Part shown: positions 1 to 9,336 of the stretch, piece after piece
How the letters are laid out: each line of letters opens with the position of its first letter
How positions within the stretch are numbered: position 1 is the first letter of the stretch
NCBI GenBank assembly: GCA_051872335.1
Contig: JBJEDT010000025.1
Coordinates: forward strand, 131,239 to 195,238
Length of the DNA stretch: 64,000 nt
Source of the DNA: Bacilli bacterium
GTDB lineage: Bacteria; Bacillota_I; Bacilli_A; RFN20; CAG-826
Direction: 5' to 3'
Translations under genes and position numbers: made by a program
The notes under the pieces: model-generated
The model's database searches: none
Told to the model about the DNA's origin: nothing
What the model saw: the letters and a program-made list of their open reading frames with translations, nothing else

Positions 1-109
1 GGAAAAATAGTATTTTGTACTCTTTTCATAAATATCACCAACATTTCTAAATCAAAATAAGATATACACTTATTCAAATAGATTATATCAAATTGGAATT
101 TATACATAA

Positions 110-135
110 AGAAAAAGGCACTCGAAGTGCCTTTA
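110..135 (-). terminator. Rho-independent terminator downstream of the symporter gene
   Basis: Hairpin aggcac-tcga-gtgcct; on the minus strand it is followed by a T-run (TTTTTCTTT). Confidence 0.5.
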
Positions 136-137
136 TA

Positions 138-1598
138 TTAATCATCCATTGATTTTGCGTTTTCAATTGTATTTTCTCTTCCAAGTATATGTGCCATTTC
201 TTTAACTTTCTTTTTGTCTAAATTATATACAAATAACAATAGAATAAATTGAGCAACAAAACATACAACATATACAATACCAAGAAGAATTCTAATGTTT
301 GAGTTAACACCTGCTGCTTGAGCTTCTTGTAATTCAGGTTCATAACCTGTAAAGATTAATAATAGTGAGACAAGAGAAGCACCAAATCCCTGAGCTAATT
401 TTCTACCTAGAGAATAAGTTGCATAAACTACACCTTCTTCTCTTTTTCCTGTTTTGACTTCATGATAATCAATACAGTCAGCGACCATTGCCCAACCAAC
501 TAAACTATTAATACCAATTGAAAGGCCTAATAACATAGAAGGTAGAATCCATAAAACTAAACCTGTTACTTCTGAGAAGTTTTCTGCAGGGATGAATATT
601 AACATCAATCCACCAATAATACCTAATAATAATGGCCAAGTAGATGCTTCTTTCTTTCCGAATTTTGTAACTAATTTAGAAATAAATGGAATAAAGATAA
701 ATGTAGGAAGGAATCCTAACATAGACACAATTCCACTATATTGAGTAAAATGAGGGAAAGTTTGTTGAATAAATAATGTAGAACAGTTTGACATAAATGC
801 CATTGCTAATAATTGGAAAATTGAAACAAATGTAAATGCCATAGCTGATCTATTAGTAACAAAAGCTTTTAAAGATTTCAAATAATTAAATTTTTGTTTT
901 TCTTTTTGAGCTTCGTAGTCAATGAAAACACGTTCTGTTGTACCTTGACATAATATTTGGAAGAAAAGGAATCCGAATAATCCACAAACTAATCCAATAA
1001 TAATAAAGTATTGCCCCATTACTTGTCCTTCTTTATTATAAACAAGCATTGGAATTAAAACTGCTAGTAAAATATTTGCGATAAATGCACCAATAGATCT
1101 CCAAGTTGATAATGATGCTCTTTCAGTTGCATCAGAAGTAATAGCTGCATTTAATGATCCATAAGGAACATTAACAATTGTGTAAGATAAATCCCACAAT
1201 AGATAACCAACAACACAAATAATGATTTTAACAGCTAAAGGTGCAGTTGTAACTGGAATAAAACAAACAGCCCCTGAAAATAATAAGACAAGTGATCCCC
1301 AGAAGATCCAAGGTTTAAATTTAGATTGACCAGGTTTTGGTTTAATAGCATCCATTAAGGCACCCATAATAGGGTCATTAATTGCATCCCAAATTTTTAA
1401 AACTAAGATAATAATTCCCCAAACTGCTAAACTTAGGCCCATATATTGTGTCCAGAATAGCATTAAATAAGAATTAAGGGCGAAAGACATGTTACATCCT
1501 AAATCACCACACATGTATGATAATTTATCTTTTTTTGTAAATGGTTTAGAGGCATTTTCTGGTGTAGCACCAGCAACAGCTTTTCTATAAAAATTCAT
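138..1598 (-). CDS. GPH-family glycoside/glucuronide:cation symporter (MFS)
   Basis: 486 aa, about 12 TM segments, GPH/MelB/UidB-like N-terminal region. Forms an operon with the GH2 hydrolase and lies next to the hexuronate catabolic genes. Confidence 0.7.
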   Translation of the reverse strand: MNFYRKAVAGATPENASKPFTKKDKLSYMCGDLGCNMSFALNSYLMLFWTQYMGLSLAVWGIIILVLKIWDAINDPIMGALMDAIKPKPGQSKFKPWIFWGSLVLLFSGAVCFIPVTTAPLAVKIIICVVGYLLWDLSYTIVNVPYGSLNAAITSDATERASLSTWRSIGAFIANILLAVLIPMLVYNKEGQVMGQYFIIIGLVCGLFGFLFFQILCQGTTERVFIDYEAQKEKQKFNYLKSLKAFVTNRSAMAFTFVSIFQLLAMAFMSNCSTLFIQQTFPHFTQYSGIVSMLGFLPTFIFIPFISKLVTKFGKKEASTWPLLLGIIGGLMLIFIPAENFSEVTGLVLWILPSMLLGLSIGINSLVGWAMVADCIDYHEVKTGKREEGVVYATYSLGRKLAQGFGASLVSLLLIFTGYEPELQEAQAAGVNSNIRILLGIVYVVCFVAQFILLLFVYNLDKKKVKEMAHILGRENTIENAKSMDD

Positions 1599-1610
1599 AC
1601 TTCATTCTCC

Positions 1611-3878
1611 TTATTTTTTACATTTTTGAAGTTCAGAGTTAATTTTAGCGACCATTTCTTGAGGTAATCTTTCTCCAGCCATTTTTGCTAATCTTTCAAT
1701 AGAGAAACCACCCATCATTTTTATCATGCTTGTTGGGATGCTAATTCCCATTTTATCAAGTTCTGTCATCATTTTATCCATAAAAGCTTGAAGAACTTTA
1801 GATGCATTTTCATCTGCTTGAATAGTTTTGATTTTATCTTTAATAGAGAAATATTCAGGATTAAAAGTTAATGAAATCGCATTTCCTTCTTTATCAAACC
1901 AGTTTACAACAGTTTCTGTTTTTCCTTCTAACATATAAGATACATCTTCTTTTTTAACTTTCTTAATGTATGAAGCGTCTTTAACATTTCCAGCAACAGC
2001 TAGTAACTTGATTGATTTATTTAATGGTACTGTAAATTCAACAACTTTATCACAAGGTTTTGTTTCAAATAAAGCACCATCTACATAAAGTGAAACTTCA
2101 TTTAAGTTAGAATAAACAATAACTTTTGTTTCATCTTCACATCTATTTACATAACGTTTAGAAGCAATGTGAACCATTGGTTCTTCTGTCCAATATGCTT
2201 TATATAAATAGAAGCTATCTTTTCTAATTTTACGGTTGTATGTGACTAAACCTTTATGGTTACGGCCTTTGACTCCACCTTCATCACGCATATCAGAACC
2301 AAAGTCAAACATATTCCAAACATGAGTTGCCCATAAATATGGTCTTGTTCTAAATGTCTCAAGCATTACATGATGATAATGTGCTTGATATTCTTCACTA
2401 TAGTCTCCCATTTCTGGATGTGAATTATGCCATTTTAAAATTGCTTCACAGCCATATTCTGATAAACCAAAGCAGATTTTTGGATTTTCTTTGTGGAACT
2501 TATCTAACCATACAGCATTGTATTCAGCTTCTCCACCATACCATCCAAAATAATGGTTATAAGATATAATATCTGAAATATGATTCATTGGACTATCAGA
2601 CTCTAACATTGAAAGTTGAGCCATTGTTGTAAGTCTTGTTTTATCCATTTCATGACATAAATCATTTAATACTTTATGTTGATTAATCAAATCTTCTGTA
2701 ACACCAGCCATACTAATTTCGTTGGATAATCCCCAACAAACAATAGAAGGGTGATTATAGTTTTGCGTAATCAATTCTTTCATTTGTTGTTTAGCATTTT
2801 CAAAACCATTTGGTTGAACATTTGAAATAAATGGAATTTCAGCCCAGACAATCATACCTCTTTCATCACAGAGATCATAGAAATATTGATCGTGTTGATA
2901 GTGAGCTAAACGAATTGTATTTGCTCCAACTTCACAAATTAGATCCATATCTTCTTTATGCTCTTTTCTTGTGATTGCCCAACCCATATTCTCTCTATCT
3001 TGGTGACGAGATACACCATGTAGTGGATATGGTTTTCCATTTAAGAAGAAACCTTTATTTGGATCTATTTTAAATGTACGACATCCAAATTTAATTTCTT
3101 TATTATCCAAAATTTTTTCTCCATCTTTAATGGATACAATAAGTGTATATAAATAAGGATCAATACGACCATTCCATAAATGTACATTTTCAAGAGTTAA
3201 AGCAAATTTCAATTTCTTTTCTTGAATACTTGCAACAACATTTCCTTCTCTATCTAAAATGTTAGCTTCAATAACTTGTTTTTTATAATCAGGAATGAAA
3301 CATTCCACTGTTACTTTAGCATTTTCTTTGACAACTTTAGGTGTAACAACAACTCCTGGTCCACCATAGTAATCTAAGTCGAAGTGTACTTTATTTGTAA
3401 CTACAATATTTACATTTCTATAAATACCACCAAAAAAAGTAAAATCAGCAAATGCTGGATAAATGTAATCATTTACACTATTGTCTACTCGAACTGCTAA
3501 AACATTATTATTATCAATTAAGTGATCAACTCTAGCTCTAAATGTTTGGTAGCCACCTTCGTGATGAGCTACCTTAACTCCATTAAAGTAAACATCACTT
3601 TCAGCATTTACACCTTCGAATTCTAAATATACAACTTCATCAGCTGCAAATTTAATCTTGCCTAATTTTTTATAATACCAGCAAGTTCCACGATAATAGT
3701 CACTTCCACCATCTTGGCCATCTAGATTATTCCAAGTATGAGGTAAGTCAACTTTTGTTGCTTTTTCATTTAAAACTTTAGCAACAATGAGATCTTTTTT
3801 AACAAATTCCCATCCTTTGTTAATATTAATTATTCTTCTCATTTTTCCTCCTAAAATCCGTAATGAAAACGGTTTCAT
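1611..3878 (-). CDS. Glycoside hydrolase family 2 (probable beta-glucuronidase or beta-galactosidase)
   Basis: 755 aa. GH2 sugar-binding, Ig-like and TIM-barrel domains, with the catalytic-region motif CWGLSNE. The hexuronate-cluster context suggests a glucuronidase. Confidence 0.7.
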   Translation of the reverse strand: MKPFSLRILGGKMRRIININKGWEFVKKDLIVAKVLNEKATKVDLPHTWNNLDGQDGGSDYYRGTCWYYKKLGKIKFAADEVVYLEFEGVNAESDVYFNGVKVAHHEGGYQTFRARVDHLIDNNNVLAVRVDNSVNDYIYPAFADFTFFGGIYRNVNIVVTNKVHFDLDYYGGPGVVVTPKVVKENAKVTVECFIPDYKKQVIEANILDREGNVVASIQEKKLKFALTLENVHLWNGRIDPYLYTLIVSIKDGEKILDNKEIKFGCRTFKIDPNKGFFLNGKPYPLHGVSRHQDRENMGWAITRKEHKEDMDLICEVGANTIRLAHYQHDQYFYDLCDERGMIVWAEIPFISNVQPNGFENAKQQMKELITQNYNHPSIVCWGLSNEISMAGVTEDLINQHKVLNDLCHEMDKTRLTTMAQLSMLESDSPMNHISDIISYNHYFGWYGGEAEYNAVWLDKFHKENPKICFGLSEYGCEAILKWHNSHPEMGDYSEEYQAHYHHVMLETFRTRPYLWATHVWNMFDFGSDMRDEGGVKGRNHKGLVTYNRKIRKDSFYLYKAYWTEEPMVHIASKRYVNRCEDETKVIVYSNLNEVSLYVDGALFETKPCDKVVEFTVPLNKSIKLLAVAGNVKDASYIKKVKKEDVSYMLEGKTETVVNWFDKEGNAISLTFNPEYFSIKDKIKTIQADENASKVLQAFMDKMMTELDKMGISIPTSMIKMMGGFSIERLAKMAGERLPQEMVAKINSELQKCKK

Positions 3879-3982
3879 ATATTTTAATTATATATAGCAT
3901 TAAATATTATTAAAATAACTAAAATTGTTTAAAAATTGACAAATCCTGCTATTTGTTATATAAATGAATTAAAGGTAAAATT

Positions 3983-4906
3983 ATGAAATATGAAGAATTC
4001 AAAACCAATATACGCGAATATCTAAAAAATTATAAAAATCAAGATTCTATACCTTTAGAAGTTATCAAAGCATTAAATGTTTGCGAATGCTTTACTTTTA
4101 TTACGGAAGATATTTTACCTCTTTTTAAAGGATTCCATTTCCATGATGATATGTATGAAATTTTATATATGCTTGAAGGTAACGTTTCATATGCTATCGA
4201 AGACAAAATATATAATATTGAAAAAGGTGATATGGTTTTAATTTGTCCAAATCAACTTCATCAATTAGTATCACCAGATTATTCAAAAAGAATTGTTTGT
4301 ACTTTTACTAAAGATTTTCTAGATAACTTTACTACTAAAAACACTGACTTTAAAGAGTTATTTGAAATTATAAAAGATTCTAACAATCATAAAATTTCAT
4401 TTAGAGATAACGACTTAACTAAAATTGAAAACTTACTTTTAAAGATGACAAAAATAATTTTTTCTGAAAAGTTTGGTGATGATATTCAATATAATTTATC
4501 ATTCTGTCGTATGATGTTAGTTATTGCTGAAAAAGTAATGGCTGATAACGAACTTAAAGAAGTAAGTTATATAACTAATCCTATCATTAAAAAAATTGTC
4601 ACCGTCATAAACAATAATTTATCAAATAAAATATCTATCGATTTTATTGCTGATGAATTATCTTTATCTTCTTCATATATTTCACATATGTTTAAACAAT
4701 TAACAGGTATTTCCATCCTTCAGTTCATAATTAAGAAAAGACTTATTCAATCAAAAGAATTATTACGTCAAGGAAAAAGGATTGAAGACATTGCTTTTGA
4801 GTGTGGCTTCCAAGATTATACTTCCTTCTTTAGAAGTTTTAAAAAAGAATTTGGAATTACTCCAAAAAAATATGTTAAAGAACAACTTATAATGCATAAC
4901 GAATAA
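3983..4906 (+). CDS. AraC-family transcriptional regulator (cupin N-terminus, HTH_AraC C-terminus)
   Basis: C-terminal AraC HTH (DIAFECGFQDYTSFFRSFKKEFGITPKKY). Divergent from the GH2/symporter operon. Confidence 0.8.
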   Translation: MKYEEFKTNIREYLKNYKNQDSIPLEVIKALNVCECFTFITEDILPLFKGFHFHDDMYEILYMLEGNVSYAIEDKIYNIEKGDMVLICPNQLHQLVSPDYSKRIVCTFTKDFLDNFTTKNTDFKELFEIIKDSNNHKISFRDNDLTKIENLLLKMTKIIFSEKFGDDIQYNLSFCRMMLVIAEKVMADNELKEVSYITNPIIKKIVTVINNNLSNKISIDFIADELSLSSSYISHMFKQLTGISILQFIIKKRLIQSKELLRQGKRIEDIAFECGFQDYTSFFRSFKKEFGITPKKYVKEQLIMHNE

Positions 4907-4908
4907 AA

Positions 4909-4945
4909 AACTTCAGCCATTATGACTGAAGTTATTTTATTTATT
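4909..4945. terminator. Bidirectional hairpin terminator between the AraC gene and kdgK
   Basis: aacttcag-ccattatga-ctgaagtt, flanked by T-runs on both strands. Confidence 0.5.
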
Positions 4946-5964
4946 TATCTTTGAACTCTTCCTGAGCCACCTGATTTAATTAATGATTTTACTTCATCAA
5001 CTGAAACCATATTGTAATCACCTTCAATTGAATGTTTTAAACATGATGCTGCAACAGCAAATTCTAATGCATCTTTTGATGAGTAATTATTAATTAATCC
5101 ATAAATTAAACCAGCTGAGAATGAATCTCCTCCACCAACACGATCGATGATGTGGACATTATATTCTGTTGAGAAGTGATATTCCTCACCATCATATAAC
5201 ATAGCAGCCCATTTATTATCAAAAGCACTGATTGATGTTCTTAATGTAATAGCGACTTTTTTAAATCCAAATTTATCCATTAATTGTTTTGCAACTGATT
5301 TATAGCCTTCTTTATTTAATTCTCCTCTTGAAACATCTGTATTTTCAGCTGAGATATTAAAGACATCATGTGCATCTTCTTCGTTACCAATACATACATC
5401 AACGTATTGAGCTAACTTTGACATTGTTTCATTAGCTTCTTCTTTTGTCCATAATTTTTTACGGTAGTTTAAGTCACATGAAACAATAACACCATGAGCT
5501 TTAGCTGCTTTACAAGCTTCAATAGCAATTTCTCTTAAATCAACACTAACAGCTGGTGTAATACCTGAAATATGGAACCAATCTGCATCTTTAAAGATTT
5601 CATCCCAATCATAATCTTCTTTCTTAGAGAAATAGAATGAAGAATATTTTCTATCATAAACAACTTTAGAAGGACGTTGTGAAGCTCCTTTTTCTAAGAA
5701 GTAAATACCACATCTATCTCCACCACGAGCAATAAATTTAGTACCTACACCAAATTTACGTAATGAATTAACTCCTGATTGACCTATTTCATTATTTGGT
5801 AATTTAGAAACAAATTCAGTTTCTAAACCATAGTTTGCAAGTGATACAGCAACATTTGCTTCACCACCACCATAAGTAGCTTCATAGTTTTCACATTGAA
5901 CAAATCTTAAATAGTTAAATGGTTGAAGACGTAACATTAATTCACCAAAAGTAACAACTTTCAT
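4945..5964 (-). CDS. kdgK: 2-dehydro-3-deoxygluconokinase (PfkB family)
   Basis: 339 aa PfkB-family sugar kinase with the GGGDSF motif. Adjacent to eda and uxuA. Confidence 0.85.
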   Translation of the reverse strand: MKVVTFGELMLRLQPFNYLRFVQCENYEATYGGGEANVAVSLANYGLETEFVSKLPNNEIGQSGVNSLRKFGVGTKFIARGGDRCGIYFLEKGASQRPSKVVYDRKYSSFYFSKKEDYDWDEIFKDADWFHISGITPAVSVDLREIAIEACKAAKAHGVIVSCDLNYRKKLWTKEEANETMSKLAQYVDVCIGNEEDAHDVFNISAENTDVSRGELNKEGYKSVAKQLMDKFGFKKVAITLRTSISAFDNKWAAMLYDGEEYHFSTEYNVHIIDRVGGGDSFSAGLIYGLINNYSSKDALEFAVAASCLKHSIEGDYNMVSVDEVKSLIKSGGSGRVQR

Positions 5965-6578
5965 TATTTTAAACCTCCTACTAGTTCAACAACTTCTCTT
6001 GTTTTCTTTTCAATTTCTTCGAAAGTACCTTTCATCATCCAACTACCACCGCAAGCGACGATTTTGTTGAATTCTAAGTATTCCATAATATTTGAAGCAT
6101 CAATACCACCAGTTGGCATAAATTTAACTTGTGGGAATGCTGCGCATAAAGATTTAATTGTTTTTAAACCACCATAATTGCTTGCTGGGAAAAACTTTAA
6201 TGTAGTAATTCCTAATGAAATTGCAGCAATAATTTCTGTAGGTGTAACTACACCAGGTAAATATGGGATATTGTGTTTTACACAAACCTCATTAACTTCT
6301 GCACTTAATCCTGGTGAAACAATAAATTTTGCACCAACACTAATTGCATCTTCACATTGTTGAGCATTAATAACAGTACCTGCACCGATTAAAGCATCAG
6401 GATAATGTTCAACCATAGTCTTAATAGCTTCTTTTGCACAAGCTGTTCTAAATGTTACTTCAGCAACAGGTAATCCACCTTTTACCAAAGCTTCCATTGT
6501 TGGTAAAGCATCTTCTAGATTATTAATAACAACAACTGGAACAACATGAGCATTATGAACTCTTTCTAAAACTTCCAT
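5964..6578 (-). CDS. eda: 2-dehydro-3-deoxyphosphogluconate aldolase (KDPG aldolase)
   Basis: 204 aa, KDPG/KHG aldolase fold (GAGTV, FMPTGG motifs). Its start overlaps the kdgK stop codon. Confidence 0.85.
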   Translation of the reverse strand: MEVLERVHNAHVVPVVVINNLEDALPTMEALVKGGLPVAEVTFRTACAKEAIKTMVEHYPDALIGAGTVINAQQCEDAISVGAKFIVSPGLSAEVNEVCVKHNIPYLPGVVTPTEIIAAISLGITTLKFFPASNYGGLKTIKSLCAAFPQVKFMPTGGIDASNIMEYLEFNKIVACGGSWMMKGTFEEIEKKTREVVELVGGLK

Positions 6579-6696
6579 TTATATATACCCCTTTCAATAA
6601 CAAATTTTTTACAAAATTAGAATAAATCATTTTTAAAGTAAATAATAGTAATATTATTTATATAAATTTCTTTTTGTGCACCAAGTTTAAAATGAT

Positions 6697-7740
6697 TTAT
6701 TTTTTACTCTTTTCATATGCTTCAAAAAGACCATTGATATAGGCACATCCTAAAGCTCTATCAAATAATCCATAACCAGGTTTTGCATCTTCTCCAAAGA
6801 TATTTCTGCCATGGTCTGGACGAACATATCCTTCAAATCCATTATTTACTAAAGTTTCAACAATACGAGCCATATCTAAACTACCAGCACAAGATAAATG
6901 ACCGACTTCACAGAATGAATCGTGATCATCTGTCCACTTTACATTACGTAGATGAGCAAAGTGAACTCGACCTTGTTTAGTATATTTTTCTGCCATATGA
7001 ATTAAATCATTTTCTCTTCCAGCACCAAAACTACCTGTACATAATGTTAATCCATTACAAGTACTTGGAACAGCTTTGAACATTCTATCTAAATCTGCTT
7101 CATTTGAAATAATACGTGGTAATCCAAAGATATCCCATGGTGGATCATCTGGATGGATTGCCATATTTACACCACATTCTTCACAAACAGGAATTATTCT
7201 TTCTAAGAAATAAACTAAGTTATTAAATAAATCATCATGTGTAATAGATTTATATTCTTTTAGTAAACCTTGTAATTCATTTTGAGAATATGATTCATCC
7301 CATCCAGGAAGATGTAAATTGTTAGGATCAACCTTTAAAAAGTCATCATATGAATAACTTAATGAAGTTGAACCATCTTCATTTTTATGATACATATCTG
7401 TTCTTAGCCAATCAAAAACTGGCATAAAATTATAACAAATACATTTAACTCCAGCTTTTGCTACTCTTCTAATATTTTCACAATAATTCAAAATATATCT
7501 ATCGCGAGTTGGTTTACCCATTTTAATATCTTCATGAACAGGAATTGATTCGATAACTTCCATTTCTAAGCCTACTTCATTAGATAATTCTTTTAAACGA
7601 TTAATAGTTTCTTGAGACCAAACTTCTCCAACTTTGACATCATAACATGCTGTTACTACACCAGTCATATTTGGAATTTGTTTAATATAACTTAATGGAA
7701 TACAATCCTTTTCACCATACCATCTAAATGTTAATTTCAT
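6697..7740 (-). CDS. uxuA: Mannonate dehydratase
   Basis: N-terminus MKLTFRWYGEKD...VHEDIK aligns to E. coli UxuA (MEQTWRWYGPND...IHEDIK). Confidence 0.9.
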   Translation of the reverse strand: MKLTFRWYGEKDCIPLSYIKQIPNMTGVVTACYDVKVGEVWSQETINRLKELSNEVGLEMEVIESIPVHEDIKMGKPTRDRYILNYCENIRRVAKAGVKCICYNFMPVFDWLRTDMYHKNEDGSTSLSYSYDDFLKVDPNNLHLPGWDESYSQNELQGLLKEYKSITHDDLFNNLVYFLERIIPVCEECGVNMAIHPDDPPWDIFGLPRIISNEADLDRMFKAVPSTCNGLTLCTGSFGAGRENDLIHMAEKYTKQGRVHFAHLRNVKWTDDHDSFCEVGHLSCAGSLDMARIVETLVNNGFEGYVRPDHGRNIFGEDAKPGYGLFDRALGCAYINGLFEAYEKSKK

Positions 7741-7754
7741 AAAATTCTCCTTCT

Positions 7755-8603
7755 TTATACACCACTATATGATGAGAAACCACCATCGATTGGGAGACAA
7801 ACTCCTGTAATAAATGAAGCAGCTTCATCTGAACATAAGAATAATGTAGCACCAACTAAGTCATCAACTTCACCAAATTTTCCCATTGGTGTAGCAGCTA
7901 AAATTTTACCTGTTCTAGCAGTTGGTGTACCATCTTCATTCCATAATAATTTTGCATTTTGTGCAGTTGAAAAGAACCCTGGAGCAATTGCATTTACTCT
8001 AATCCCAATATGTGAAAAATGAACAGCAAGCCATTGAGTAAAGTTACTAACAGCAGCTTTTGCTCCACTATATGCAGGAATCTTTGTTAAAGGAGTATAT
8101 GCATTCATTGAAGAAATATTCAATACACTACATCCTTTTCTACCAACCATATCTTTTGTGAAAATTTGTGAAGGTAATAATGTTCCAATGAAATTTAAAT
8201 TGAAAACAAATTCTACTCCACTAGAATCTAAATCGAAAAAAGTTTTAATTTCTTTGGTTGCATCATCTAGTTCAGCATATTCATTGTCTGTAGTTGCTCT
8301 TGGGTTATTTCCACCAGCACCATTAATTAAAATATCACATGGACCAAAAGCTTCTAAGACTTGTTTATGGCATTCTTCTAGTGATTCTTTTGATAAAACA
8401 TTAGCAGCAAATCCTTTTGCTATGCCACCATCTTTCACGATTTCATCAGCAACTCTTTGAGCTGATTCAACATTTAAATCTAATAAAGCTACTTTAGCGC
8501 CACAACAAGCAAGTGCCTTAGCAAGATGGGAGCAAATTACTCCACCAGCTCCTGTAATGACAACTACTTTATTATCAAAGCTAATTTTAAAAGGTAAATT
8601 CAT
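7755..8603 (-). CDS. SDR-family oxidoreductase (probable D-mannonate oxidoreductase or fructuronate reductase, SDR type)
   Basis: TGAGGVIC Rossmann motif and YSGAK catalytic motif. The product assignment is inferred from operon context. Confidence 0.6.
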   Translation of the reverse strand: MNLPFKISFDNKVVVITGAGGVICSHLAKALACCGAKVALLDLNVESAQRVADEIVKDGGIAKGFAANVLSKESLEECHKQVLEAFGPCDILINGAGGNNPRATTDNEYAELDDATKEIKTFFDLDSSGVEFVFNLNFIGTLLPSQIFTKDMVGRKGCSVLNISSMNAYTPLTKIPAYSGAKAAVSNFTQWLAVHFSHIGIRVNAIAPGFFSTAQNAKLLWNEDGTPTARTGKILAATPMGKFGEVDDLVGATLFLCSDEAASFITGVCLPIDGGFSSYSGV

Positions 8604-8772
8604 AATTATATTTCTCCTTATTTCACCTTAATATTATCTTGCTTAATTAATAAAATCAATAACAAAACCTGCTATGATTTTTTTACATTTTTTTAAATCA
8701 AAATCTCACTTTTTATAAAGAAAACTAATAAAACTATTCAATATTAAAAGTGAGATTTATAGTTACTAAATA

Positions 8773-9336
8773 TTATTCGTTCAATATTACAATTGAATTA
8801 ATAATATGATTTCTTAATGTTTTATCTAATCTTTTTTCTAGTTCTTCTTTTGGTAATCGAATAACACTTCCATTTTTATTAATGAGTGATTTAATACATT
8901 CTTCGTATTCTATTTCTGAAATTTTTTTATAGTAAAATAAATGGTCCACAATTCCTATTGTGCCAATACACTTCACTGATTCTAAATCTGCAGCTTTTCG
9001 AAGATTTCGATCACCTGTTAATAATAGTATGTTTCTATTCTTAGCAATCGCTAAAGCAATTCTATCATATCTAGTTAAACGTTTATACTTTAAACCATAT
9101 TCTTCAGCTAATAAAAATTCTTCAAATGATAGTTCAGTACTTTGTAAGCCTAATTGAATTAACTTTTCTCTTAAAAATTCTGGTTCAAGTAATTCATCTT
9201 CTATTGCATCATTATTCATTAAATAAGTATAGTCTAAAAGAAAAGGCCATTCTAATCGACTAATTTCTACAAAATCAATCCAAAAATTCGTATCACTACT
9301 TATGAATTTCACTAACGTTCTCCTGAAAAACAACAA
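8773..9336 (-). CDS. PIN-domain protein (DUF4411-like), predicted toxin partner of the upstream HTH-ImmA/IrrE gene
   Basis: Acidic PIN signature positions: SDTNFWIDF, EDELLE, YDRIALAIA, LLLTGDRNL. Its start overlaps the upstream gene by about 25 nt. Confidence 0.5.
   Translation of the reverse strand: MLFFRRTLVKFISSDTNFWIDFVEISRLEWPFLLDYTYLMNNDAIEDELLEPEFLREKLIQLGLQSTELSFEEFLLAEEYGLKYKRLTRYDRIALAIAKNRNILLLTGDRNLRKAADLESVKCIGTIGIVDHLFYYKKISEIEYEECIKSLINKNGSVIRLPKEELEKRLDKTLRNHIINSIVILNE

Noticed and set aside
2354-2569. 71-aa plus-strand ORF
   Set aside because: Fully embedded antisense within the GH2 hydrolase gene, with no independent motif or ribosome-binding site. This is typical of spurious ORFs in AT-rich DNA.
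6178-6980. Small plus-strand ORFs 6178..6363 and 6783..6980
   Set aside because: Antisense to eda and uxuA, which are confidently identified. Low-complexity translations.
8158-8460. 100-aa plus-strand ORF
   Set aside because: Lies inside the SDR oxidoreductase gene on the opposite strand.
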